DNA of 64,000 nucleotides from Epiperipatus broadwayi (Eukaryota > Animalia > Onychophora). Under the pieces are notes generated by a model that was not told the DNA's origin, did not search any database, and saw only the letters and a program-made list of their open reading frames with translations. Positions 50,201 through 64,000 of the stretch are shown here, in pieces. The stretch spans positions 3,472,001 to 3,536,000 of the forward strand of contig JAQFVV010000003.1 in the NCBI GenBank assembly GCA_028023455.1, in the 5' to 3' direction. Made by a program: the position numbers and the translations under genes. How positions within the stretch are numbered: the stretch's first letter is position 1; every line of letters begins with the position of its first letter.

Positions 50201-53200
50201 TGAAAAGTGATAGATCAGCAAAGATAATAGACTATGTTCATACAAACAATTATAATTTAGCTTTTACATTTACCTCTCTTATGTTACCCATTCAGGTAAT
50301 TAACTTTGCATTAAGATATCTTTTTCATTCACCATCACAAAAAATTATTTCACAAAAACTGTACTATCTGAAAAGAAATAAAATGTAAGTAATGTTCCAA
50401 CTAATTTCTCATTTCACATATTCTTTCTCTTACTAATAAAAGTTCTCAAATGAATTGTACTGTACAATATTACTTTTTGGCTACCTAAAAAAACTGTCTA
50501 TAAAGGCTATGCATCATTTCATTGGTAATATACTTAAGAATTCATGGCATGCCACAACTGTCAAACTAAACTCAAATTTTTATGCAATTCATTTGCATTA
50601 ATTATCATTCTCCTTCTGGAAAAAAAAAAAAAAAATTTAAAACTTTCACATAACAATGGCAACAACAAGAGAGAAAAAAAACCTGATATAGATAAGATGA
50701 TTACATAATTCCATCTTCCAAGATAAAAGGTAGTTAATTATATAGAGATACAAAATTGATTAATTTTTTTATGATATGTATATTGTTTACAGATTGTATT
50801 CTATTTTGTTCAATCAAGTCATGAATGAAATTACTTAAGCACTCTATTAGCTCATAGTGAAATTAAGATATAATATCTCAATTTTGACTAGTAAACTATT
50901 ACAAATACACTGCTCTCAGAACCAGTTTCAAGGGAACTCCAACTGTGACAAGCACTAAACATCATAACCACAAATCATAATAAGCTTGAAACTTATTTGT
51001 ATTAAGCAAATTTTATTTACTTTTTTTAAAGCAATTATTAAATGTGATGCTTTTTGTAGTCAATAAGAAGTCAACATATAATTATATTCTGTATAAGCAG
51101 GAATCATTCTGTCCATACAACTTATTTTTTTATATGTATTTATATTTCTTCAAACATATAGAGAATATATAAATACATATACACTAAAAATTGATTTATA
51201 AAGTAAAAAAAAAAAAAGTCTTAAATAATTCTATTGCAGTACTCCAGGATCCCTATTAAAAAAAATAAGAATTAGTTGATGGTTTAACAGTTTATCGCCT
51301 TCCCTTGTTTTACCTTATACTGAAGAATAGCTACATTCTTAAATTCTAATTAAGAGGTAATATGGTTGGTTATGATCAACTACTTGAAAAAAATTCTAAG
51401 CTTATTCAAAAATCTTTAACTATCTGGAAAAAAAAAGCTCATATTCCTGAAACACAGTAGGTGGGTGAATTAACATTTATGAATTTTACTATTATAATTG
51501 ATATAATGAATATGATATAGTAAAAATATATTGAAAGCATGCTAGGCAGTAATAAAGCTAAATATTATTTTAAAAAAACTACTTTTTCTGTGTGTATTGT
51601 CATTTTACCACAATAACAATTGTATTATAATTGAAGTATATATATATTTAATATTTTTAAAGTTAATATAAATATAAATTAATTAGAAAATGGGATCTAT
51701 TATATAAATGAAGTTAAATTCTCAATCAAGATGTATTGATGTACAGCAACCAATAAGTCTGGTTTTGTAGACTGAATGAAAACAATAGCAAGCCTATCCA
51801 ATGTGCAAATTATTACTGTTAAATATAAATACATTTGTTGATATATTTTCAAAATATGTTTCATTTTCCAAATTTCTTCATCAATGTAAAGCAATAGCAG
51901 CCCCCCATTCTTAGAGACAGCCTAATAAAATTAAAAAACACCGATTATCAGATGACAGTACATACCAGTTTTTGCTTTTGCCTTTGATAAGGCTTGAATT
52001 CAGAATTGGAAGCAACTATGTTTAACTCCATTCTACTATTACATTTTTTTTTTATGGGAAAGCATTATCATTACAATATATAAAGGTACTTATTAAATAG
52101 CCACTGTACATCACTTGGTGGAGCTGTTTCTGTGCAAAAATGTTTTAATATAACGTTTCCGGCAGAGACAAAACAAAACATTTTTCTTTTTATTTAAAAA
52201 TGCATGTTATTCTTCTAATAGTAAATGAAATGTTTAAACAAAAATTAATAAAAACAAAATACTTGATTAACAAGCTAATCCGCCCAAATTCAATGAAATT
52301 CCATTCAATGGAAATGTCTCCATATTAACTTTTAAATAAATCATGCTGGTGTTTAAACAAAGCCTTAGTATAAAAGATTTTCAGGTTAAAGATATGACGA
52401 AATACTGAAAAAGGAAATTTCAGAATTATTACAGAGTTGCACATTACTCTATTTCGTCAAAACTTAAATATCATTAAAAGCATAAATGATATAAAATAAA
52501 TAGGTTCATAATCAATATTTTGTAGCACATAAAGAAAAGTATCAAAAATAGTTTCTCTTGATTATTATTATCTTTTGGTGATTATTTAAGAATCAATTTA
52601 ATATAATTATGTAAAGCTAAAATAATTAAATAATATTTATTCTTATTTGGGAAAAACAATTTTGCTCATTATAATCAATTAGTTTTTGCACAGTCAAAAA
52701 TGTGGAAAGACAAATATATAGTTTGTAACTTAAATTAAAAAACTTAAATCACAAAACAATCAGATTTCTATAAACTAAATGTAAAAGTCAATTAAGAGAA
52801 AAATAATTAATGTTTTTATCTGAAGTTAATTACATAAAACAGGTAATTATCAGATTAGCTTGATTGCATGATAATTAGCATAATAAAGAATATCAGCTAG
52901 TCAGTTTATTTTAATATGAACCTTCAGCTATCAGATTATCCAAATAATCTGAGTATCACTGCATTAAATTACTAAGTGGATAGCTGTAGATGGAAATTGG
53001 GTAAAAAGATAATATAATTCACCACCATTTGGCAGGCTGAAGTCAAAGACATCCATAGGATAGCTAATAGCTGCAGCAGACAGGATTATAATTAGTAGTG
53101 TAACTCATCTATATTTCTAAAAATGCAACAGAGTGGATAAAAATATCAAAATAATCAGCTAACAGCATTCTCTTTTTGAATTGCTATTTTTTCCCAGCAG

Positions 53201-56200
53201 TAATCCTGAAATAGGGAGTAGACCAGCTAAACCTCTGAATAACTAAAGGAAGAATTTTTCATTGCCTGCTAAATAGTGAATCTGGAAAAAATTGATCTGT
53301 CTAAAATATTGTTTGCCACAAGATGTTGGATATCAAATAAGTTATAAATATAAGAACAATCTTACATAAAAAACAAGCAATCATAACGCTTTAACTATGG
53401 CAATATTTAACTCCAACTTCAAAATATATAATAAATATTAAAAATTCTATTAAAAAAATTAATGATAACTAATAAATAAACATTTTACTAAACATAAATA
53501 ATAAAAAAATACTAGCCTACACATAAATATAGTGTATAATAAATACAATTCAGTTGATGTGACTTTTTTTTAATGACAATTTTATATTTCACAATTACTA
53601 TTTTGAATTTACTATATTACATAAGGTTTATCTAATGAATAAATGATTCACTGATTTAAAATTAAAGATAGCATATATTTTAAAATTTATTTTTGGTGCA
53701 TTTGATATTCTGATATTAACACTTTTTTGTTTTTGTAATTATCTAGCCAATAAAAGTTGAATTTTTTTTTTTTTTTTTGCAATATTGTTAAAATATATAT
53801 ATATAAAATCAATGGTCCGCCATTTATTTATTTTTTTATGAAAATATACCAATAAAATAAAAAATACATCAAGCAATGTAATGTATAGTTGATTGCTGTA
53901 ATTTTTAATCTCATAAGTGATTAAATCGTTTTGTTTTTTTCTACCAAAATATTTTTATATAATGTACACAAAATATGATTTATTTTTTATTGCACTTTAA
54001 TTCTGCATACAGTGAAAGTTTATTTTAAAATATATGCTGAATAAAATTTATATATTTATAAGTATTGTGATTGTTTACATCTGCAAAGAAAACAATCTTT
54101 AGCTTTAATGTGTCAGACATCCTATTACTGACTATAGTACAAGGGTACTAAATCAAAAATTATGTAACGAAATCATATTTTCTACCTATTATAATTGCAA
54201 TTTATGATAATATTGTATATCATCTTATTGTTTTCAATTATGATGATGAATAAATATTATTTATAACTTTTGTTTTAGTGTGAAGCCTATCACTTTATCT
54301 TGCGAAAATGACATTGCTTTGTTAAAATCAGAATATGATGATAGCAAGTCTTACAAAATGGCTACTATTTAAAAAAATAATGGACATTTTTTATAAAAAA
54401 AAAAATTAACATTTTTTTAAACATCACTATTATAAATAATTGATTACTCATCGAAGTAATGTATACAAGTTCATAATCAATATGGCAAATACATGTACTG
54501 TATAAACGCTCCACATATGTGGAGAAGTCGAGTGTACTGTATTTAAAAGCTTTGTAAAAATCCTATGAAAGATAAGTATAAACTATAGGTTAGAATTCAA
54601 ATTTTATAATATTTAAAATATATATTTTAAAAAGAAATTATTCAAATATTTTCACACAAAATATTTTTCTTTTTTTTAGAAATCTAATATTTTTTATATT
54701 TTCTATAAATGTCACTGTTATATATTCATGAATTTGGCATATGAATCAAAATGTAGCACATACTCTTCATGACTGTTTTAATTTAAGTTAAAATAATTTA
54801 TAGATTTTTCTACCTAATACTTTTTAATATAGTAATTCATTATGTGTGTATGTTAGTAATATGTATGCATTCTGTTTATAAGATTAATTTTATTAATATA
54901 TAAATATCCATATAAACTAAACTTTGACTTAAATTGGAGTGTAGTACACATATATGTCAAGTAATAAAATAAATTTAATGATTTATTTTTACTATACTTA
55001 TTGTTCTAATAATTTATCAGACAAAGTATGTAAATTGGTCTTTCAGTTACTGATATTACCATATTAATTTATTTATTTTGTGTTAAACCATATTTGTTAT
55101 TACTTTCCCATCTGTTATATAATATTAAATTTTTATTAAAGTCCTGCATCTAATATTATTTTTATTCTTTAAAGTATATTCAAACTTGGTCAAATAATAT
55201 TTACATAAACACATAAATGTCTACTCATAATAACCTGAATCATGCTTTGAAAACTGTGCTAAATAACCAGGATATATAAGTGATGGATAATGTTGAAAGA
55301 TAATTTTTTATTTAAGAAACAATGATAGTACTCTCATATAGCAAATAAAACTATGTTTAAAAGAAATCAAGAGCTGAACTTCACCTATATATTTATAAAT
55401 CTGATACTCACAAACATGGGCTATGTGAATTGTTTCCAGTGTGAAGCCTTGGATTCATACCACAGCTATTGATAGGTACAACAGGCATGTTCATCATCAG
55501 CTTAATCCTTCTTAAATAACATACCAACACGATATATATATAATAGGAATGTGAAGTTTATAGATTTTTATTATTGCCAGTCAAAAAAGTTCAGTTTATA
55601 AACTTTTTGTTGAAAAAATCACTCTAATCAATATTCAACATGAGTTCTCAAATTCCCCACATTCAGATGTTGCACTCAGTGTGTTAAAAAATTGCTTCAT
55701 CACTAGATAAGATGTACTGCAAAAAGCTGTCTCAAATTGATCAATCATATCAATAGTAAAACAAAACAACATTCACCTATAATACTTATATTATGTATAT
55801 TTTCTAAACAGTATTGAACTTTTTATTCAGCAATCCATGCAATATTTATGAGAAAATTGCAATTTCCTTGAAAAACTTTGTGGCAATCTTTTAAGATTGA
55901 TTTTTTCAATACTGACATCATGGTGGATTATTCACTTCTTTCTCTGCCAAAGGATGCTTTAAATTTCCAAAATCTTTTACGTTAGGTAAAAATGTTATTA
56001 GAACTTAAAATTTTATATCTTATATATAAAATCTGTATTTTTTTCTGTCTTCTGATTGGTGAATGAATATCTGTCTAAAGATTTTGTGAAGGAAGTGATT
56101 CCACCATTAAGTAAAAAATGCTGAGAAAAAATCAATATGAGGGCTCTTAACTACAGAGATATAATATATATATTGCTGTAAAAGTTCCCACCCTGCTGCA

Positions 56201-57109
56201 GAAACAGCCACAAACTCTAATTCATAATCAATGTTAAAGCGTTCTGTGCTTTCATGATCTATCAATCCTAATGTAGTTCAGATGAACAATATACTAAGCA
56301 ATGTTAACAAAGTTTTATAAATGATAAATGTTTAATAAAAAATATATTTACATTAAATCTTTAAAAAAAATTGTTATAGCAACCAATTAAAAAAAAAATT
56401 AAATATATTTAATAAAAAAATATTACAAAACAATGGGTGTTTTTATATTATGATATTAATAAATGGTAACTATTAATAAAGATAAAAAAAACTATTCAAT
56501 TAGTCTGACACTATTGGAAAAAAAATATTATACAGGTGTTCAGTAAATATCAAATATAATGATTAGCTATGACTGTCTTGTTTTGCTGAAGTGACTGATT
56601 TGTTCTGCAAAATAAGTTAAAATTTACATATATATTTTTTTAATATCATCTGAAAAAATTTGTTGTGACTAAACTTTTGCTTACTGTATAGAAGTGAAAA
56701 GAAATCTGGGGGGAAGAGAGATAGATTTAGTTGAATTTGGAAAGATTGGGAATAATACTGATAACGTTAGGAAAGCATTTCATTATGTCATCTTAAATAT
56801 AAAAGAAAAAAAATTGTTATGTGTGTTACTGCAATGAGGCTTTAAAACTAAGTTGTATATAAGATTAGTTGATTTTTTTAGTAGATTTGCTATTAAAAAA
56901 TTTTTTAATTTAAGAAAGAGAGTGAAAATTAACATTTTTGCGGCATAAAATTAGAAAACACACGATTACTGATTGAAAAAAAAAAAAAGTTTTTCTTCTT
57001 TGGTATAAAGGAGTTTGAAAATAGTAGACAAAGCATAAAGTTAAATATAGAGTAGAGGACTTGAAAAATATGGAATATGAATTACATTTGTACCCCACAA
57101 TGTATATAT

Positions 57110-58780
57110 AATGGTCAGAAAGAAATTACTCATGCTGTGGTAGAGTGCACTGTATGTAATAAGGTTTATCATTTGAAATACTTAAATAAGACTAAGAAAG
57201 ATCTAACAGGTTATGCAGACCATGTGTAAATGTGATAAAAGAGGTGAAAAAATAGTGGCAACGATAGATAGTTTAAAAAGAAAGTTAGAAGAAATGGAGC
57301 AAAATGTAGTTGAAGAAGATAGAATAAAGTATGTTTTTGGTGGAGTGACAAGCGATATGGATAACAAAATAATTAGTGCAATGGATATGATTAGTCAAAG
57401 AATAAATAAATAAGAGGAAGAGGTGAAGAATATAGAAGCAAAATTAAAATCATTACAGATGAAGTGTGGGCAGATAAAGGAGTTATTGAATAGAAATGAT
57501 AAGAAAGAAGAAGATAAGAAAGTCTAGAAGACAGAAGAGAATGTTGCAGATGAAGTAGAAAAAGTAAACTATGAGACAGTTTTGATAGAAGAATCACTAA
57601 TTAGAGAATGTGAACATGTAATTGCAAGAGAAATAGAAACAGGTATGTAAGAATATATTTGACTGGAGCTAGAATTATGAATGTTACAAATAAGATAAAG
57701 AAACAAGGGAGTAGAGATGTATATGTTATGGTAGGGACAAATAATTTGTCAGAACCATCAGAGAGAGTAATGGATGAGAACATAGTATTGTTTACTAATT
57801 TGAGTAAGATTAAAGGAAAAATAGAAATAAATGAATTATTACTAAAGATTCGACAATAGGTATATGTTAGGTAGGACATGTTCTATAAATGAGATATTGA
57901 AAAAAATGTGTGAGAGAAATGACATTATGTTTGCAGATATAACATTTTTTTTTATTAATAAGAGGGAGTTATACAGTAGAGATGGATTGTACTTAGCAAA
58001 ACAAGGAAGTGAAGTTTTAGGGAGTTTGATTTATAAAGATTATAGCTCGGGAAACTTATAAAAGGGAGGGGGTTAAATTGTAATATTATCAAAAAAAAAA
58101 AAAGAATGGATGGGATGTAAGAAATAAACAAAGGATAGCGAATTTAAATATAAATGCACATGTAGAGAGGGAATGAGTCTGTAAAAGTCATGGTAAGTTA
58201 TTTACAAATGTAATGGAAAAGAAAGAGTCAAAAGAATTTATAAATGAGTAGTTAGAAAAGAAGAAATTGTTAAAATTGGATATTTGAATATGTAAAGTAG
58301 TAGACACCAGAGAAGTGGTTGAAATTGAATAAAGCAGTTAAAAATGAAGAGGTTGAGGTACTAGCAGTAGTGGAAACACATCTAAGAAAAGAAGAATCTA
58401 TACTGAAGTATGGCAGGGTATAAATAGAAAAGAAAAAAAGGGATGGTGGTATAGGAGTTATGTCAAAAAAATATTTAAATACTGTTAAATCTCAAGAACA
58501 TTTGTGGTTTGAGATGATGGCTATAGATAGTCAAACTATAATGAAATGAAACAATAGCATATATGAATGTCTAATTAAGGATATACAGAGCTTAAAAAAA
58601 GAAAGAAAATAATAGTTATAGGGGGTATGACTGGGCTTATTAAAGAAATTGATGACTTACAGAACAAGAATAAATAGCTTTTGAAGAATTTTTAGCAGGG
58701 GGTGCATTTGAGCATTGGAAATTTATCAAATATTTATGAGAGACAATACACATGATCTAGAAACAATATATTTCATATAA
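57110..58780 (+). mobile_element. LINE 5' part: ORF1 (PHD-like, coiled coil, SGNH/esterase-like) and start of ORF2 endonuclease
   Basis: VECTVCNKVYHL (PHD-like); VYVMVGTNNL and LYSRDGLYL..GSEVLG (SGNH blocks); EN remnants IGYLN, LAVVETHL, GGGIG, GGMTG. Esterase-type ORF1 is known in CR1/L2/RTEX-group LINEs; clade not assigned. Confidence 0.75.
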
Positions 58781-58992
58781 TAGTGTAACCAGTTGGATTA
58801 TATAACACCTAATAATATAGTTTGTGTGCATAAATATATATAAAGTTGAAAGGAAAAGTAGAAATAAACATAGACATAAATTTTTGTAGATATTTTTATA
58901 TATTTCCTAAAATAAAATACTAATAAGTAAAGGGTGAAATAACTCTGGGTTTAAAATAAAATTTCATTATGAAATTAATATTTTAAAAAGAT

Positions 58993-58995
<3 letters not shown>

Positions 58996-59064
<69 letters not shown>
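58996..59064. repeat. (TAA)n microsatellite
   Basis: Directly visible. Confidence 0.97.
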
Positions 59065-59505
59065 CACATGATCACATAATAATAATACTAGTAATATTAA
59101 TTGTTGATAATAATAGTAATAACTAATCAATACAGTAATAATAACTGATGCTAATAATAGTAATCAATGGATTCAATAATGCTAATGAATAAAATCAATA
59201 ATACTAATGACTACTCATCCAATAATAATAAGACTAGTTGTAGCTAATAGATAATGATAATATTATTTGTTTTCAATTTAATTATAATAGTAATAGTAGT
59301 AATAAGTAATAGATAATAAGTGATTAATAAGGGTAATACATTAGATAATAAGATCTAGATGAATAATACTCAGATCAATAGCTAATAACTAATAATAATA
59401 ATAATAAGCTAGAAACTAATTGGGGATATTAGATAAGTAGGATAATAGATAGGATAATTATAATAATAATTATAGATCAATAATGAATACTAATATATAG
59501 TACAG
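59065..59505. other. TAA-overwritten duplicate of 59977-60355 (probable assembly or consensus artefact)
   Basis: Shared anchors in the same order (cacatgatcacat, attaattgttgataa, atacagta, atcaatggat, ctactcatccaata, agactagttgt, tttgttttcaattt, taagatctagatg), with intervening bases replaced by taa/aat. Confidence 0.75.
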
Positions 59506-59976
<471 letters not shown>

Positions 59977-60101
59977 CACATGATCACATTTCCTATACTA
60001 GCATTAATTGTTGATAAAAAGAAAACCTCATACAGTATTGACCTGTGTAAAAGAGATCAATGGATGCCAGAAGGCTTGTGCATAAAATCCCTATCTAATG
60101 C

Positions 60102-60302
60102 CTACTCATCCAATATCCCCAGACTAGTTGTGGCTTAGATTGAAAATATTTTTTGTTTTCAATTTCATTCTCATAGTTTAGTAGTTAAGTAGAGATAAAA
60201 GGTGGTTGCTAGAGGGTTGCATTAGATCCTAAGATCTAGATGCAGTGTCTAGATCAAATCCTCACTGGAAAAGAAAACTAGTCTGGGGATTGGATGGAGT
60301 AG
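60102..60302. repeat. ~27-bp inverted repeat pair (small MITE-like)
   Basis: ctactcatccaatatccccagactagtt (60102-60129) versus aactagtctggggattggatggagtag (60276-60302). Confidence 0.6.
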
Positions 60303-60354
60303 ATAGGATGATGTGGATTGTTACTGTTTGATGTGGGAGTTTTGTCTGTTTATC

Positions 60355-60465
<111 letters not shown>

Positions 60466-63129
60466 TGATTTTGAAATTTAAAATCACCATACTTATTTTT
60501 GTAATTTTTTAATTAATTAAACAAAATTTCTATCTATTAGAAATCCCCTAAGTAAAAACATGTATATAGATTCCTAGGGATTAGTGATAAAAATAAAACT
60601 TTGTTTTCAATCAAGGTGTTGTTATCACCTCAGGTGATTTTATAAAAGAGCTGATAAAAATATCAGCTAGTCTGAATAGTAGTTTTTTGTAAGAATGAGC
60701 CAGCTGCAGGATTGGTTATAATATTTTGTTGCAGCTTGTTGAAGTTTGCAGCAGTTGGTTTTAGCTGACCATAGAGTTGGCAGAATAGCTACCATGAACT
60801 GATGTAGTTGAAGGTAGGATAGTAGATTCAGGTACTGCTACTATTTTCCTTCACAGGAGTTTGAATTCACAGAGAAAATGACCCACTTCTTTGTGCTGAA
60901 ATTCATAGCCTTAAACATGGAGAGGACAGCTGCTTGCCTGGAATAATCCTAGTCAGAAAGAGACCAACTATAGACCAACATTTTACATGGATATTTTTCC
61001 TGATGATGACGATCACTAAAACCAAACTTATCAAGAAAAATCTTCCAGCTTGCCAAGGGAATCCCAGCTTGCTGAAGAAGCAATTATATATATATGCTGA
61101 AGAAGCAATTATATATATATATATGCTGATGTATCTAAAGGCAGAGAAGCACAGATAAACATATATACAGCTGTGGTGAGTAGAGTTATATATGATAACA
61201 AATTTTTAAATAATTTCTTTAGTAAAATGACATTTTGGAAGTGATGCATGAATTTGTACTTTTTATGTTTATGGTGGGTGTATAGTAGAGCAGGGCTGGC
61301 TGGATGCAGTGTGTTCATGATTCTCCAAAGTATAGGCTCGGCACTGCCTAGACTTAGATGTTGAGCTCCCAGAGTAATCAGCGGGGTATATGTAGGCCTC
61401 ATGAATAGGCCTTGGTCTCACGAATAGACCTCATCTATAGCCCCTAAGACTCACAAGAGATGAGCAGGGCTGGCTCAATGCCTGATATTTTTTTCTGGAT
61501 CCTACTCCTTATGGATGATCTGTCTAGGTACTTAGAAGGGGCAGTGCTTAAAAATGAGGTATTTTCTCGTGACGTCATGGGGACTTGTGTTCTGGTAGTC
61601 CATGCTAGACTGTCTACTTATCATAGCATGGGGATCTACAGTTCACGTATTCACTTTTCCTATCTCACCTTGACTACTTCATCAGCATTAACTAATCAAG
61701 CAGAATGACATTTTGAAATTTATACTTTTTTTTGAGTCTATAAAATGATGTTATCTTTCATTTATTAAAAAGAAAAGAGAGACATTTTAAAAGTGAAGCA
61801 AACAAGCAAATAATTTTGCCTGTATAAAAATTTTTTTTTAAAAAAGTAAAGAGATTCTATACTTTAAATTTAAAAAATGACTACTTTTTTTTTAAAGAAA
61901 AAAAAAAAGAACATATAAACTGATAAATAATTTTAAATTATATCTATATTTTGTTTATAAACAGGTATATGTGTGAAATTTATGTATGTTTTCCAAATGG
62001 ACTCAATTAGAAATATACAACTTTATTATTGTAACAAATTAAAATATGTAATTTTTTGTCAGTGTGCGAATACACGCCATCACACATATGTAAAATTTTA
62101 GATATTTATAGTATTTTTTTTATATATTATCTTATATTATGATTGTAATATGTCAATTGCACTGCATATTTATGTGTGCGCATATATGTCAATGCTTGTC
62201 AAATAGGACATATATGCAAATTTTAATCATTTTTGTTATTGAATATTAATTGTATATTATAAATCGCGTGTCTGTGCACATATATATGTAAACCATAGTA
62301 ATAACTAGAATTGTATATTGTAATTTTGTAAATCTTAAATATGATAATTTTTTTTTATTGTATAGTAATCAAAATCAGAATGGTTAATTGATATGTGGAG
62401 AGCCACAATACCATTTTTTTTTATTGTTATTAAACTTGTATTTAATTGTTAAAATTGTATTGCACCATCTCTTTGTCACATACAGTAATAGAGCTTACGT
62501 TCTCTGAGCTAGATTCATGCATGGGATGAATATGTAAATGGTGATGTGTACTAGTGCTTTTGGGGCATCCAGAATTGATCAATCATCATCCTGGTTGGTG
62601 CATAAGATTATATTCTTTAAAGCCCATGCACTACCTTTTATTTTAGTTTAGCCATATTAGGAGTAAGTTTATGGTTGGCTAGTACAAGTGGTCTGTACAT
62701 TGATGATGATCAGCATGTTTTAATGTCCCAGCATTATTGTTTGATTCTTATGTATTCTGATGGATGAGCACTTAGTTTGTGCCTCCAAATTAATGATTAA
62801 ATATCTGCCTAAGCTGCCAAAGGACCCATTTCCAATCCAGTCACAAGATTGACTGTTGATTTATTGTACAGATTTTATTACATTTTATTATGGATCATTC
62901 AAGATAATGAGTGATTATTTATTTTGAGTATTAGTATTACTTATAATTACTTTTTGATAATGCTGGTTGATATATGGTTAATTATGCTTTTAGTAGCTGG
63001 CTGATCTCTTAATGATCTCTCAGAGATTCTCTAATCTCATGGTCTTACAAATATGTCTTACTTATATACACTTTTGTAAATTACAAATTATTCATTTTAA
63101 ATTGTCTTGGGGTGAATTATGATTTTGGC

Positions 63130-64000
63130 ATTACCCAGTTCAAACTCTTTTTCACTACCCCATCCCGTTATAATAGATTACATATGAGTAGAGAAAGAGG
63201 GAATGAATAAAGTACAGAAAATTAAAGTGTTTGATAATGAAAAGAGAATATGTAATAGTGATCATAATTTCTTTATAAAAGAAATGGTTAGCAAAGTGAT
63301 GGAAATAAGTAATAAAAGTAGAAAGGATAGTTAAAGATGTGGATGGAGAATGAATGATAGGAATAAGTTAAAAAAATATAAAATAAAAGTTTAAAAAATC
63401 ATGGAAGAGTTGGTTGGGGATGAATAAGAACTGACGTAGTGCAGTAGAAAAAGTGGCGAATAATGTTTTAAGTGAGAATATTGAGAAGAATAAAAATAAT
63501 AGCAAAGTAAGAGTTAGTAAAAATATAAAAGAGAGGAAAAAAGCATGTAGAGAATATAAGTGTGCTATTAAGAACAAAGAAAGTGAAAAAGATGTTAATA
63601 TTAAATGGCAAAAGTATTTAAAAAAAGAAGCTGGCTAAAATAGATTATTATAGAAAGAGAATGAAATTAAATAGTAAATTATTGGAGGATATTAATAAAA
63701 GTGGAAGAGATGAAAGTAAAAAAATTTGGAAATACATTAAGAAAAGGAATGTAGGGGAGAGAAAAATAGTATTACTAGATGATCAGGGAATAGAGTGTAG
63801 CTCTAGAGAAGAATTAAAGACAATCTTAAATAAGTATGTAATGGATATAGAAAAAATGTTAGATGTGAAGGACAGAATGGGAACAAACATGAAAGTATAT
63901 AGTAATGAAAATATTAGGTTTATAGAAAATGAATTGAATGAGGTAGAGAAGAAAGTGAAAAATGGAAAGGCAAGAAGTTTAGATGGATGGGCAGCAGAGA
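63130..64000 (+). mobile_element. LINE ORF2 middle part (EN end to RT start), likely continuation of 57110-58780; runs off the window
   Basis: CNSDHNF (EN SDH motif), ANNVL, KNGKARSLDGWAAE (cf. GKAxGxDGIxAE); same purine bias as 45000-46500. Confidence 0.75.

Noticed and set aside
55600-56300. mariner transposase fossil
   Set aside because: Weak motif-like pieces fall on conflicting strands; no TIRs.
60850-60960. MADF/Harbinger-associated ORF remnant (IHRENDPLL...MERTAACLE)
   Set aside because: Requires frameshifts and rests on a few residues; the related low-complexity cagct-rich region at 52840-53300 gave no confirmation.

Overview
Very AT-rich eukaryotic DNA, probably from a large invertebrate genome (taxon not determinable from sequence). 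It is made mostly of transposon fossils and microsatellites, and no host gene can be confidently identified; there are only a few candidate minus-strand exons. Most short ORFs in the track are noise or antisense shadows. Clear features: (1) a Penelope-like element (PLE, RT + GIY-YIG) at ~14355-22570, whose reading frame can be rejoined across two nested, TSD-flanked insertions, a full-length RTE LINE (14980-18460, one nonsense codon) and a 1.8-kb array of a ~338-bp non-coding monomer with an inverted head; (2) a second PLE fossil (5340-6890); (3) a 5'-truncated RTE (40188-41367) and degenerate purine-rich LINEs, one with a PHD/SGNH-type ORF1; (4) a TA-flanked TIR element with TTAGGG-like internal repeats (27286-28508). 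The most interesting signal is three independent non-coding elements sharing an inverted-partial-monomer plus tandem-monomer architecture. Two of them (18673-20449, 24406-25190) are diverged homologs with compensatory stem changes and a hammerhead-like topology but a non-canonical core. The third (30417-31183) carries a recognisable degenerate minimal type I hammerhead. Together they look like retrozyme-like RNAs mobilised by PLEs; this is inference, and all alignments and folds were done by eye. The 59065-59505 segment is a TAA-overwritten copy of 59977-60355 and is probably an assembly artefact.
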